From: Veleropilina oligotropha | Taxonomy: Eukaryota | Reading direction: 5' to 3' | NCBI GenBank assembly: GCA_048128005.1 | Contig: JBEUKZ010000107.1 | Coordinates: 496,001-560,000, forward strand | Length of the DNA stretch: 64,000 nt | In this document: positions 35,151 through 48,767 of the stretch, piece after piece | Numbering within the stretch: position 1 is the first letter of the stretch | Layout: the number at the start of each line of letters is the position of its first letter | The notes under the pieces: generated by a model | Told to the model about the DNA's origin: nothing | Database searches by the model: none | The model's input: the letters and a program-made list of their open reading frames with translations, nothing else | Program-made: the position numbers and the translations under genes

Positions 35151-38100
35151 AGCTAAATACACGGGCGGGTGGACATGGGTAGACGGGGTAGGTAAATAGG
35201 TATATGTATGGTAGTTGAGACTTCTTTCCTTGGAGGGAGTACTACGACAACTCACAGAATTGTCCTGATCTGAAGATTAGAGATCAAGCAATATACCGTT
35301 ATTAGAACCCCGAACTGGGAACACCGAGGTCGGGTATTTTACCCGACCGACCCGGTAACCCGGCAAATTGACTAAAACAAAGGGGGGTTCTTTCCTCGAA
35401 AAAACCCGCCCAGAAAAACACCTGAAAACCTCGTGGATGTTTTTAAGTTAGTACAATGGCGTATTATCCCAGCAACGGCAGGATATCAGAAAATTAACGC
35501 AAGCTTAATATCAAAAGATCCTGCCTTTTAACAACGCTAGAAATTTTTATATATATAATAAATAACCAGCAAATAGCGTTGTTAAGGAATTATCCAATAT
35601 AATGAGTTACCTGTTTGCAGTCTCAAACAATATCAGATAATTATACAGACCAGAAATTTCAGCTACCACTCGAAAATTTTCCCTCTAAGCGGCCATCTTT
35701 AATGGCCACTGGCGTCCTTGACGACGATGTCTGTTTCCTTTGATGTCCAGAACTTCCTCGAAGTTTTGAGAATCACTCTTCTTATATTCACATGTGTTTT
35801 ATATCCACAACACTGTTATATTCCACTACTTATATTAAGTAGAAACTGCGCCCTGATTTAACGTGAAATCGGGCGCCTATATCGAAATATTTGCGGAGCA
35901 AAAACAACGTCTTTCCGCGACAGCGGAAAACTTTGAATTGATGTCATGTGACTTCTATTGTTCAGAAGTCTCACGAGACTTGGCGAAGTCTCGCTAGGGA
36001 ACGTGGTGGGTAGGAGCAGGGGAGGTAACCGTGTGCTTTTTTTGGCTTATAACGGTGCATTATGGGACATATTCACCATTTCCGGTTTGGGCGATAATAT
36101 GCTATTATGGCAAGAGTAAGGACGTAAGTATGTTTGTAACTATATATAACCATTACCAATGCATATGTATGCATAAAAGTGCCTTTAGCAACCCATACAC
36201 ATGCAATGAAAAACTTTAACCCAAAACTTTAACCACAATTTCTATGTAAAAAAACACCAATTTCATGCATTATTTATATAAAATTCCAGTCAATAACAGT
36301 TCCAGAGTATCAGGTGTTGTCCATATAACCATTACCAATGCATATGTATGCATAAAAGTGCCTTTAGCAACCCATACACATGCAATGAAAAACTTTAACC
36401 CAAAACTTTAACCAAAATTTATATGTCAAAAAACACCAATTTCATGCATTATTTATATAAAATTCCAGTCAATAACAGTTCCAGAGTATCAGGTGTTGTC
36501 CATATAACCATTACCAATGCATATGTATGCATAAAAACTTTAAACAAAAACTTTAACCAAAATTTCTATGTCCAAAAACACCAATTTCATGCATTATTTA
36601 TATAAAATTCCAGTCAATAACAGTTCCAGAGTATCAGGTGTTGTCCATATAACCATTACCAATGCATATGTATGCATAAAAGTGCCTTTAGCAACCCATA
36701 CACATGCAATGAAAAACTTTAACCCAAAACTTTAACCAAAATTTCTATGTCAAAAAACACCAATTTCATGCATTATTTATATAAAATTCCAGTCAATAAC
36801 AGTTCCAGAGTATCAGGTGTTGTCCATATAACCATTACCAATGCATATGTATGCATAAAAACTTTAAACAAAAACTTTAAACAAAATTTCTATGTCCAAA
36901 AACACCAATTTCATGCATTATTTATATAAAATTCCATTCAATAACAGTTCCAGAGTATCAGGTGTTGTCCATATAACCATTACCAATGCATATGTATGCA
37001 TAAAAGTGCCTTTAGCAACCCATACACATGCAATGAAAAACTTTAACCCAAAACTTTAACCAAAATTTCTATGTCAAAAAACACCAATTTCATGCATTAT
37101 TTATATACAATTCCAGTCAATAACAGTTCCAGAGTATCAGGTGTTGTCCATATAACCATTACCAATGCATATGTATGCATAAAAACTTTAAACAAAAACT
37201 TTAACCAAAATTTCTATGTCCAAAAACACCAATTTCATGCATTATTTATATAAAATTCCAGTCAATAACAGTTCCAGAGTATCAGGTGTTGTCCATATAA
37301 CCATTACCAATGCATATGTATGCATAAAAGTGCCTTTAGCAACCCATACACATGCAATGAAAAACTTTAACCCAAAACTTTAACCAAAATTTCTATGTCA
37401 AAAAACACCAATTTCATGCATTATTTATATAAAATTCCAGTCAATAACAGTTCCAGAGTATCAGGTGTTGTCCATATAACCATTACCAATGCATATGTAT
37501 GCATAACAACTTTAAACAAAAACTTTAACCAAAATTTCTATGTCCAAAAACACCAATTTCATGCATTATTTATATAAAATTCCAGTCAATAACAGTTCCA
37601 GAGTATCAGGTGTTGTCCATATAACCATTACCAATGCATATGTATGCATAAAAGTGCCTTTAGCAACCCATACACATGCAATGAAAAACTTTAACCCAAA
37701 ACTTTAACCAAAATTTCTATGTCAAAAAACACCAATTTCATGCATTATTTATATAAAATTCCAGTCAATAACAGTTCCAGGGTATCAGGTGTTGTCCAAA
37801 TAACCATTACCAATGCATATGTATGCATAAAAGTGCCTTTAGCAACCCATACACATGCAATGAAAAACTTTAACCCAAAACTTTAACCACAATTTCTATG
37901 TCAAAAAACACCAATTTCATGCATTATTTATATAAAATTCCAGTCAATAACAGTTCCAGAGTATCAGGTGTTGTCCATATAACCATTACCAATGCATATG
38001 TATGCATAAAAGTGCCTTTAGCAACCCATACACATGCAATGAAAAACTTTAACCCAAAACTTTAACCAAAATTTCTATGTCAAAAAACACCAATTTCATG

Positions 38101-41100
38101 CATTATTTATATAAAATTCCAGTCAATAACAGTTCCAGAGTATCAGGTGTTGTCCATATAACCATTACCAATGCATATGTATGCATAAAAACTTTAAACA
38201 AAAACTTTAACCAAAATGTATATGTCCAAAAACACCAATTTCATGCATTATTTATATAAAATTCCAGTCAATAACAGTTCCAGAGTAATCAGGTGTTGTC
38301 CATATAACCATTACCAATGCATATGTATGCATAAAAGTGCCTTTAGCAACCCATACACATGCAATGAAAAACTTTAACCCAAAACTTTAACAAAAATTTA
38401 TATGTCCAAAAACACCAATTTCATGCATTATTTATATAAAATTCCAGTCAATAACAGTTCCAGAGTATCAGGTGTTGTCCATATAACCATTACCAATGCA
38501 TATGTATGCATAAAAGTGCCTTTAGCAACCCATACACATGCAATGAAAAACTTTAACCCAAAACTTTAACCACAATTTCTATGTCAAAAAACACCAATTT
38601 CATGCATTATTTATATAAACTTCCAGTCAATAACAGTTCCAGAGTATCAGGTGTTGTCCATATAACCATTACCAATGCATATGTATGCATAAAAGTGCCT
38701 TTAGCAACCCATACACATGCAATGAAAAACTTTAACCCAAAACTTTAACCAAAATTTATATGTCAAAAAACACCAATTTCATGCATTATTTATATAAAAT
38801 TCCAGTCAATAACAGTTCCAGACTATCAGGTGTTGTCCATATAACCATTACCAATGCATATGTATGCATAAAAACTTTAAACAAAAACTTTAACCAAAAT
38901 TTCTATGTCCAAAAACACCAATTTCATGCATTATTTATATAAAATTCCATTCAATAACAGTTCCAGAGTATCAGGTGTTGTCCATATAACCATTACCAAT
39001 GCATATGTATGCATAAAAGTGCCTTCTAAGCAACCCATACACATGCAGTGAAAAACTTTAACCCAAAATGACACGACGCCGACGACGCAGACGACGACGA
39101 CGCCAGACGCCGACGACGCCGGAAAATGTAATCCCTAAGTCTCGCTTTCCCTTCGGGGCGAGACAAAAACATCATTTTATTTTCAATAATTAATTAACTT
39201 TTATTCAATATCACTCCCAGAGTACCAGATAACATCCATCTAATCAATACGAAAGCACATATATGTCAAAAAGGCCGATAAGCAAGCCATATAAATAAAC
39301 TCAATGAAAAACTTTAACCGAAAATTCTAACAATAATTTCTATGTTAAAGAAACACAAATTTAATTGGATTAATTAAATAAAATTTTATTCCATATCACT
39401 GCCAGAGTAGCAGTTAACATCCATATAATCAATATAAAAATTCCCTTCAGCAAACCATATACACTCAATGAAAAACTGTCACCAGAAATTCTAACCAGAA
39501 TTTCTATGTTAAAAAACATCACTTTATTTGAATTAATAAAATTAAATTTTATTCAATATCACTTCCAGGGTATCAGGTAACATACATATCATCAATACCA
39601 CAACATATATATGCCAAAAATTTCTTTGAGCAAGCCATATACACTCAATGAAAAACTTTAACCTAAAACTTTAACCGAAAATTCTAACCAACATTTCTAT
39701 GTTCAAAACCACCAATTTATTTGCATTAATTAAAATAAATTGTATTCAATATCACTGCCAGAGCACCAGGTAACATCCATATAATCTATATCAAAGCATG
39801 TATATGCCAAAAAGGCTCTTAAGCAAGCCCTATAAACTCAATGAAAAACTTTAACCAAAAACTTTAACCGGAATTTCTATGTTCAAAAACACCACTTTAT
39901 TTGCATTAAATGAATTAAATTTTATTCATTATCACTGCTAGCGTATCAGGTAACATCCATATAATCAATACTACTGCATATATAAGCCAAAAAGTCTCTT
40001 GGGCAAGCCATATACACCCAATGAAAAACTTTAACCAAAACAGCGGACATACGTACGCACGTCGTACGTACGTACGTACGTACAGACAGAGTGAAAGCAA
40101 TATGCCCCTCCGGACTATCGTCCCGGGGCATAATAATATATGCCAAAGAGTTCCTTAAGCAAGTCATATACACGTAATGAAAAACTTCAACCGTAAATTC
40201 TAATCAGAATTTCTATGTTTAAAAACACCAATTTATTTGCATAAATTAAATTAAATATTATTCAATACCACTGCCAGAGCATCAGGTAACATTCATATAA
40301 TCAATACCAAAGCATATATATGCCAAAAAGTGCCTTGAGCAAGCCATATACACTCAATGAAAAACTTTAACCATATTTCTATTTCCAAAAACGAAAATTT
40401 TATGCACTATCACTGCCATGTGCCATCCATATAACAATACCAAAGCACATAAATATATTCCCAAAACCGCCTTCAACAGCCCATTACATACACTCACCGA
40501 AGAACTTTAATCGAAAATTAGAACGATAATTTCTATGTTCAAAAGCGCCAATTTATTTGCAATAATTAATTGAATTTTATTAAATATCACTGCCAGAGTA
40601 CCAGGTAATGTCCATATAATCAAGCCATATACGCTCAACACTTTAACCGAAAATTCGAATCCGAATTTCTAATTTCAAAAACACCAATATATTTGCATAA
40701 ATTAAATTAAACTTTATTCATTATCACTGCCAGAGTACCAGGTATCATCCCCATATTCAATACCAAAGTGCCATACATATGCCAAAAAGTCCCTTGAGCA
40801 AGCCATATACATTCAATGAAAAACTTTAACCGGAAATTCTAACCCGAATTTCTATGTTAAAAAACACCAATTTATTTGCACAAATTAAATTAAATTTTAT
40901 TCATTATCACTGCCAGAGTATCATGTAACATCCACATAATCAATACTTAAGCATATATATGCCAAAAAGTCCATGGAGCAAGTCATATACACTCAAAAGA
41001 AAAACTTTAACCAGATATTTCTAACCAGAATTTCTATGTTAAAAAACACCAATTTATTTGCATAAATTAAATTAAAATTTTCTCATTATCACAGCCAGAG

Positions 41101-41394
41101 TATTAAGTTACATCCATATGATCAATACCAAAGCATGTATTTGCCAAAAAGTCCCTTGAGCAAGCCATATACACTCAATAAAAAACTTTAACCAGAAATT
41201 ATAACTAGAATTGCTATGTTCAAACACACAAATTTATTTGCAATAATTAAATTACATTTTATTCAATATTACTGCCAGAGTATCAGGTAACATCCATATA
41301 ATCAATACCAAAGCATATATATGCCAAAAGTCCCTTGATAAAGCCATATACTCTCAATGAAAAACTTTAACCAAATCCAGACACACACACATAC

Positions 41395-44300
41395 ATGAGG
41401 TTTTAAGGTAAACCTAATATTAGTTAAAACATACTTACGTCCTTACTCTTGCCATAATAGTCATATTATCGCTAACCGGAAACAGTGAATAAAGTCACAT
41501 TTATGCACTAATTAAGTCAAAATATATCACGATCACCTCCCCTGCTTCCCCTCTCTAAGTTCCTCCAGCGAGATCTCGCCAAGTCTCGCGAGACATCCGG
41601 GCTATCAAGTCACCAGACATCAATTCAAAGTTCAGAACCCCAAAGGAACTTAGCAGAGGGGAGGAATGCGAAGCAGGGTGGGTAATCGTGGTAAGGACGT
41701 AAGTATGTTTTAACTAATATTAGGTTTACCTTAAAACCTCATATGTAGTTACAAACTTACTTACGTCCTTACTCTTGCCAGAATAACCTTGGATAGGTGG
41801 GTAAGAAGTTCCTTACAGCAAACCCAAACAAGATAATGACTTACTTTTCACCATGTCAATCAGCTCGAAGCGTCGATTGTGTCCGCCCAGAGTGGAAATT
41901 TCTGAGAATTATATTCAACTCTTACCAAGCGAGAATTTCGACCAGTGTTACCGGGAGAATACGCCGTGGTGTTAGACGGACGAGGTGAACGGAAGTGCAA
42001 TCAGCCCCAGGCACGGCCGGAAGGATGAATCCCTGTAGGTCTTACGTGTCATGGACCAGTGGCAGCCAAATGGTACTCCTGGCCAAAGGCCGGTAGCCAG
42101 AGGATGCAGTCGGATTTGTAAGCACACGGAACCTAATAGGTTGTGAAAGCGTGAAATCAAAGCAAAGAATTAATAGATTAAATAAATAATCGATATTAAT
42201 AATTGATTCGCATGACCAACTTGCGAAACGCTAACATGTACGACATGTCACTTAAAATAAATTTTTTAAGGAAGCAAATATGTACGACATGTTACTTAAA
42301 ATAAAATTTAAGGAAGCAAATATTAAATTTTTTCCAATGTCTTGAACATCGTATGTTCTATACAGCATAGAACATCAATAATATTGAACCTCAAATCAAA
42401 TAAGATTTTCGCAATATGATTGTTTATTAATTCAATGTAATCTGGCTTGTCAATATACTCAGGTATGACATGAAAGTATCAAGATCTTAAAATGTTTTTA
42501 AGAAATGAACAGACATTGAATCGCCTCATAATGTGTCTATTTCATAGAACAATGAGGCCAACAAATAACAATGCGTCAGCATGAATTATGTAAATTGATC
42601 AATCAACAAATAATACTCACTGATTAGACGACCTCGGTCTAACAATACATCGTTGAGCAGTTACTAGGGAGACTGCACAATCCATCAGCCGCATGGAATA
42701 ATCCCCAGAAAAGGCTTAATAAAGACATTTTCGAGAGGCAACGCTGAGAAGTGAATCTGCGAAAACACGGACCTCGTGTGCGCGGAACGATACAATAGTG
42801 CGTGCGGCCTACTTTTCACAGCGAGAGAAGTCTCTCACTATCTGTGAAAACCTCCGCGAAACAGTCGTCTATGAAATGTCGCGGATACAAGAAGGTAAAT
42901 ACGAATAAAATATACGTAGTTTTCTCTGCCGCGCAGCACGGATCCTGTCGAGGTAGTAACGTAGGCACGCCTATGACAGATTCATCGGTACACATCGGGT
43001 CTCTGACCAGCGCTAGGGGATAACGATATCGGTTGCGTCGTCGATCGGCCGTTGATTCTTGGCGAGGAAACCCAAGATATGACGCCGCATCACCGACCCG
43101 TCGACTGGAAACGAACGTCTCGTAGCTCTGCCTAGACTATGAAATATGGAACAACGCCTGCCCGACGCTAAGGCGATCAGAAAAACCTGTTTTGTGCGTT
43201 AAGTTCCTCATAGAGGACGGGCCCATAGGCTAGTCGGGTAGAAAGAGAGCGTTAAGAAATGAGAGCGATGTTTCAGGCTGGCCGAATCGTACGGGTCGAA
43301 ATTTTGAGTTCGAAGGATCGCAGAAATCCAAATAGTTCGGTCGCTAGGTAGGCTACCACGGGCACGGCACTCGCGACCGTTGCCCGATAGCTTTGACGGC
43401 GGACACTGACATACCGCGTTCAAAGAGCGACGATAAAAACTCAATAAACTTGTTCACAGGGGGCGGAGTATATTGACCTGCCGACTGTGACACCAATCCA
43501 CGTACTTAACCCATCGGTAGTCATAAACTTTAGTCGTGGAAGCCTTCTCGATCAATAGATGCGTAGGGCTGTTGCGAGAAATTCCTTTCTTAGCAAGGGA
43601 TCGTTCGATAACCGTCAGGCGTGTAAACGTAAGTCGTACGGCGATGTTGTAATACACGGCTGCGCGCCTGCATTAAGTAACCGGCCCGGTCTCTGCGGGA
43701 GCGATAACGGTCGGTCGACGATCAGATCGAGGAGGGTCGGAAACCAAGGTTGCGTGCGATATAGGGGCGCGATTAGCGTTATCTGCAACGTTCGTTCGAT
43801 GCCTTCTGTAATACCAGTGTTAGAATGCACGACGGGGGGAAGGCATACGCGGACAGATTCTCCCATGTCATTGACAGTGCGGCGACCGCTAGGGCGGCCG
43901 GGTCCGGGTACGGGGAGACATACAGAGGTAGTCGGTAATTAAATTCTGTTGCAAACAGATCGACTCGGGGTTGTGACCACCGGCGACAAACGTCCCGAGC
44001 TACTCGGCTGTGTAGCTCCACTCTGTGTGTATTATCTGTGATTTCCGAGAGAGCGAATCCGCTCTGACATTCAGCTTTCCCGGGATGTGTCGGGCTCGAA
44101 TCGTCGAGTTGAGGGACATCACTAGGCGGTGTAGGTCTATTGCTCGGTCGCAAAGGGGACGCGAGCGAGTGCCGCCCTGGTGCTGGATGTAAGCGACGAC
44201 AGTCGTGTTGTCCGTGGCGAGCATTATGTGCTTGTTGCGGAGATGTGACGAGAGGGACCGTACTGACAGGTAGACGGCTTCTAACTCTAGGAAGTTGATG

Positions 44301-47300
44301 TGTCGTCCCTGAAGGTCCGTCGGCCATAGGCCTGATGTCTCGTAACTGTCGAGGTGACCACCCCAGCCGTCGTTCGAAGCGTCTGTGAACAGGTAAGCGT
44401 TCGGCTCTGGCGGGGAGATAGGAACCGACTGGTCCGGCAAAGCAGGGTTCAACCACACTGCTGTTGTGCTGGTAAACCAATGCCGTAGATCGATGCGATC
44501 CGTCCACTGCCCCGTCCGTTGTATCCAGCGATCCCTGAACGCCTGCTGCAACGGTCGTTTGTCCATGTGACCCGTCGGTAGCAGGGTCGCTACCGACTCG
44601 ATGTGCCCTAGGACAGTGGCCAGTTGTCGCGCTGTAGTTACGTCCGATGACAGGGTGTCTTGGATAACCGCGCGTAGGTTCCGCATACGCTTCTGGGTCG
44701 GCTTCGCGGTGTACCGGACCGTATCGAAGACGACGCCGAGGAACGTAAACGTCGTCGAGGGCACGAAGCAGGATTTTGTCTCGTTGATCTGAAATCCCAG
44801 GCGCTTCGTCGATGACAGGGTAAAGCTCGTAGACCGGAGGCACAGATCCCGGGACGCCCCGAGGATCAGCCAGTCGTCGAGGTACATATGTACCCTGTGC
44901 CCTAGAGAGTGTAGGAAGGCCCCTAGGGCCTGTACTGTTCTCGTGAAGACGTAAGGGGCTGACGATTGACCGAACGGTAGGCACCTGAATGGTAGATCGT
45001 CTCCCCGTGTATAAACCGAAGGTACTGATGAGCCGTGACATGCATCGGGACATGCAGATACGCGTCGGTCAGATCGATAGACGCTGCCCAGGCGCCCGGA
45101 TGGATGGCCGCTCGAATCTTCGAGAGGGTTTCGTGCTGGAATTTCTCGGTACGAAGATATCGGTTGAGATATGAGAGATCGAGGATCGGTCTCCAGCGGC
45201 CATCGGGTTTCGGGACCAGGAAGAAATGGCTGTAAAATCCTGGTGTGCTGGGCGGCGCGGGATATATCGCTCTTTTTAGGAGCAAATCCCGCACTGCCTG
45301 GTCTAAGACCGCTTGTTTCTCTCGGTTTAGGAGGCGAGCGTGTCTTGGTGGTGGTGCCTCGTTTAGGGTCGGATGCCGGTTGAACCAACTTGTATCCGGC
45401 ACTCACGACGGAGGGACCCAGCTACTGTCTGGTAGTCTAGCCACGGCTGGCTGTACGCTAACAGATACGCTTCCACCGGCGGAAGCGGGCAGCTGGGACT
45501 GTCGTGTGTGCCGGCAGCCCTAGGGCCGAGGCTTCCCTCTCCCGCTCTGACGGGAGCTTGTTGGAGGTGCTTGCCTCCTCGGAGTGGGTTAATGGCCGGG
45601 GGCCTACCACCCGAAGAGGGCTTTGCACGCTTGGAAGGCTTCGGGGTCCGGGTGGGCCCTGAGCGCTTCCTCGAGTCGGCAGGTGGACCCCGGGTAGGGT
45701 GCAGTACCGCCTTCTCGATGGCACGGTCCTTCATGTCCGCCGCTCTCTTGTCGACGAACTCCGTAAAGTTGTCGCCAAAAAGAGTGGTGGCCGAGCAAGG
45801 CACGCATCGCAACGAGCGCCGGGTGGCCTCATCTAGCGAGGTGCCTTCAAGGTAAGCGACCCTACGAAGTAGGAGTGCGTTACCCAGGACACGTCCCGTC
45901 TCCAACGCGTTGGTCTCCATAACGGCAGCAACCTCCTGGAGGAAGGACAGGGCAGCCCACGGGCGCCGGGTCCATCCTCCTGTAATACGGCTATCGCCCC
46001 GTCTAGGAAAAATCCTGAACGGACGACAGCCGCAGAGCCCATCGGGCGGAGCTCTCGAAAGCTTCCAAGGCGAACCCAGGAACTCTCGAAAGCTTCCAAG
46101 GCGAACCCAGGAACTCTCGCTACAGAGGGAGTGTGACTGGCGGGCAGTCAACGCAACGCTGCGTCAACACGAGCCGGCTCAGTCGCCAGGCACGGACCAG
46201 TACATGCGAACGGGATCGAACGCGAACTGGCCCGGAGGTACCTCCCACTACGGAACCCCGAAGGGTACTCGGTCAGTGGGGAGGACTCCACCGGATTGCG
46301 CCCCCGACTGAGCTTGGTTGTCGAGTCAACACCCGATCAACCAGCCCAGACTGAGGTAAGGAAGGAAGCAAGGGGGCTTCCTTCTCAACAAACCGATGCG
46401 CCGCCGTCCTGTGCTTGACCGGGCCTACATACGACCGAGTCGGTTCCGGCAGGTCAAGCACCCCGCGAAGTGACGCAACAGCGTCGAGTTCGGCGGGTGG
46501 TGGAGGTCGGCTCCTGCGTGCCTGGAAGACGACCAGCGTCTTCGGGCCCGACCGATACAGGGAGGTCGGAGTGAGTGGAGTCGAGGTCCTCGTCGGAACG
46601 AGGTTCGATCCCCACCACGGAGGCAGGAGCCGTGCTCTGCGCCACAGGCAGAGGTGTAGGTACCTGGAGCGGCTAGGAAGCCGGTTGCCAGGCCCGACAT
46701 CGGGACTCGAACTCCGCCGCGAACATAGCCTGGACGTTCTCTAAAGAGAAACCTGGAGGCATGACGGGCGTCGAACTAACAGCCGGTAGTTCGGTCGAAG
46801 TCACCGTGGCGCTAGGTAGACGGGCTGCATGGACAGGTGTAGCCGAGAACCCTATTTTAGGGTCTCGGGACACGTGTCGAGTGGTCGAACCCGAAAGAAC
46901 GGCCCGGAGGCGCGTTCGGTGGGCCGGACGACCGGTAGGACTGCGGCAACAGTCCGTATCGGTCTACCACTCTGTTCGCGAGAGGCACGGTCGGAAAACC
47001 GCCGTAGAACCCCGTCCCGAACGCAGCCGGTCTGTCCACGTTCTCTAGCGTGACCATCGTGGGTGCACGGGAGAGAACGGGCCCTCTGAAAAGCTCGTGA
47101 GCATCGAGGTTGAGCGGAAAACCCTTAGGGGTAGTCGCGTCGGTCTCGAACGAGGATTCAGGTGTCGCCGATTGTCCGAGTCTTAGACCTACAAGTAGGT
47201 GCCCGGCCTCTTTAAAGGCTTTCTCTGCATTGAGTCTGTCCCCGTCGCTAGATGGAGAGTTTCTCGCAGAAGGACTAACTGTCCCCTATTCTTCGAGGCC

Positions 47301-48767
47301 GAAGAAAAGGATGGGGAATGTCTGCCCTGTTCAGCGGTTCGCTGCGTTGCCAGATATACCTTGCTAGCCGGCAAGGTATGGTTGGCTGCAGTTACTAGGC
47401 CCGTTTTAGGAGGATCGAACAGCACTCGGGCTCCTACCTGAATCTGGGGTCCCGGCAAGGTTACGGCGACTCCCCCATGAGTCGCGGAGGTTACGCCGGT
47501 AGATCCGGCGACAGACGGCCCTTAAGGTCTACTGTCGTCCAGCGTCCCTGAAGTAGACAAAAAAACGTTAATTCCCTTTAACCTACCATTTTGTCCCTTC
47601 TCGGGGGAGAACCCACCGTGGTAACCGCACTGGACGGCGGCATCGGTGGATATACGATCGCCCACTGCCTGCTGTTAAATCTAGGCACAGTTCACATATA
47701 TATATATATACGGTGAACACGGCATTCCGTGCGCCTAGAAATCCGTGAAACTTCGGGTTACACCCGGAGTTGCACCGGACCATACTTCCCTCTCCCTGAA
47801 TACACGGGAGGGTAGTAGTGGGTGGAACGGGGTAGTTAAAAGTATATATTTGGTAGTTGTGACTATTTACTACGACAACTCTTAAAAATTGCCCTGATCT
47901 GAAGATCAAAGATCAGACGATATACCGCAAAAAACCCCGAGCTGGGAACACCGAGGCCGGGTATTTACCCGACACGACCCGGTAAAAAACCAGGCAAATT
48001 GACTAGAACAAACGGGGGTTCTCTCTTAGAAAAAACCGCCCAGAAAAACACCTGAAAACCTCGTGGATGTTTTTATGTTAGTACAATTGTGTATTATCCC
48101 AGAAACGGCAGGATAACAGAAAAACGCAAGCGTGATATCTAAACGATCCTGCCTATTAACGACGCTAGAATTTTTATACAATAATAACCAGCAATAGCGT
48201 CGTTAAGTAATTATCCAATATAATGAGTTACCTGTTTGCAGTCTCAAACAATATCAGATAAAAATACCGACCAGAAATTTCTTCTTATTACACGAAACTT
48301 CCCCTCTGAGCGGCCATGCTTTTCCTGCAACAACGGCGATGTCGGTTTCACTTGATTTTCAGAACTTCTCGAAGTTTTAGAATCACAATCTTCTATTCAC
48401 TTGTGTTTTAGATATCCACAACACAGGGTATATTCCACAACTTATATATTAATATATAAGAATTATAGCGTCCTCGATTTAACGTATAAACCGGCGGACA
48501 TTTCGAAATATTTGCGGAGCAAAAAACACGTCTTTCCGTCTCGGCGGAAAACTTTGAATTGATGTCTGGTGACTTGATAGCCCGGATGTCTCGCGAGACT
48601 TGGCGAGATCTCGCTGGAGGAACTTAGAGAGGGGAAGCAGGGGAGGTGATCGTGGTATATTTTGACTTAATTAGTGCATAAATGTGACTTTATTCACTGT
48701 TTCCGGTTAGCGATAATATGACTATTATGGCAAGAGTAAGGACGTAAGTAAGTTTGTAACTACATAT
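41395..48767 (-). mobile_element. DIRS1-type retrotransposon, copy C (full-length ends, decayed ORFs)
   Basis: ITRs 41427-41632 and 48550-48755; ICR about 41691-41780; fragmented gag/RT/YR colinear with A and B. Confidence 0.93.
42617..47783 (-). pseudogene. DIRS copy C gag/RT-RH-MT/YR remnants
   Basis: Many frameshifts; RT-RH core open in 44000..45406; YR part heavily altered; 31-bp tandem duplication at about 46052-46119. Confidence 0.85.

Larger units (their letters stand above)
28689..36147 (-). mobile_element. DIRS1-type retrotransposon, copy B (apparently intact)
   Basis: ITRs 28722-28928 and 35929-36135 with no mismatch seen by eye; ICR about 28989-29079; three uninterrupted overlapping ORFs. 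Confidence 0.97.
27462..39169 (+). mobile_element. HINE-like (Helentron-associated) element with a 179/145-bp satellite body, host of DIRS B
   Basis: 5' AAACAAG...GTCTCGCCC; satellite array; (GAC/GCC)n microsatellite 39070-39120; 3' hairpin GTCTCGC-n12-GCGAGAC plus A-tract. Confidence 0.7.

Noticed and set aside
27575..38942. Repeated 60-77-aa ORFs (MSKNTNFMHYLY...) as a tandem peptide gene family
   Set aside because: They are by-products of the 179/145-bp satellite units; no splice, promoter or codon evidence
18581..47441. Numerous plus-strand ORFs (60-211 aa) within the DIRS copies
   Set aside because: Antisense shadows of GC-rich, dual-coding minus-strand ORFs with no recognisable motifs
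16922..48767. The three DIRS copies as a segmental duplication or assembly triplication
   Set aside because: Flanks differ, ITRs and terminal extensions are copy-specific, and each copy has its own matching ICR
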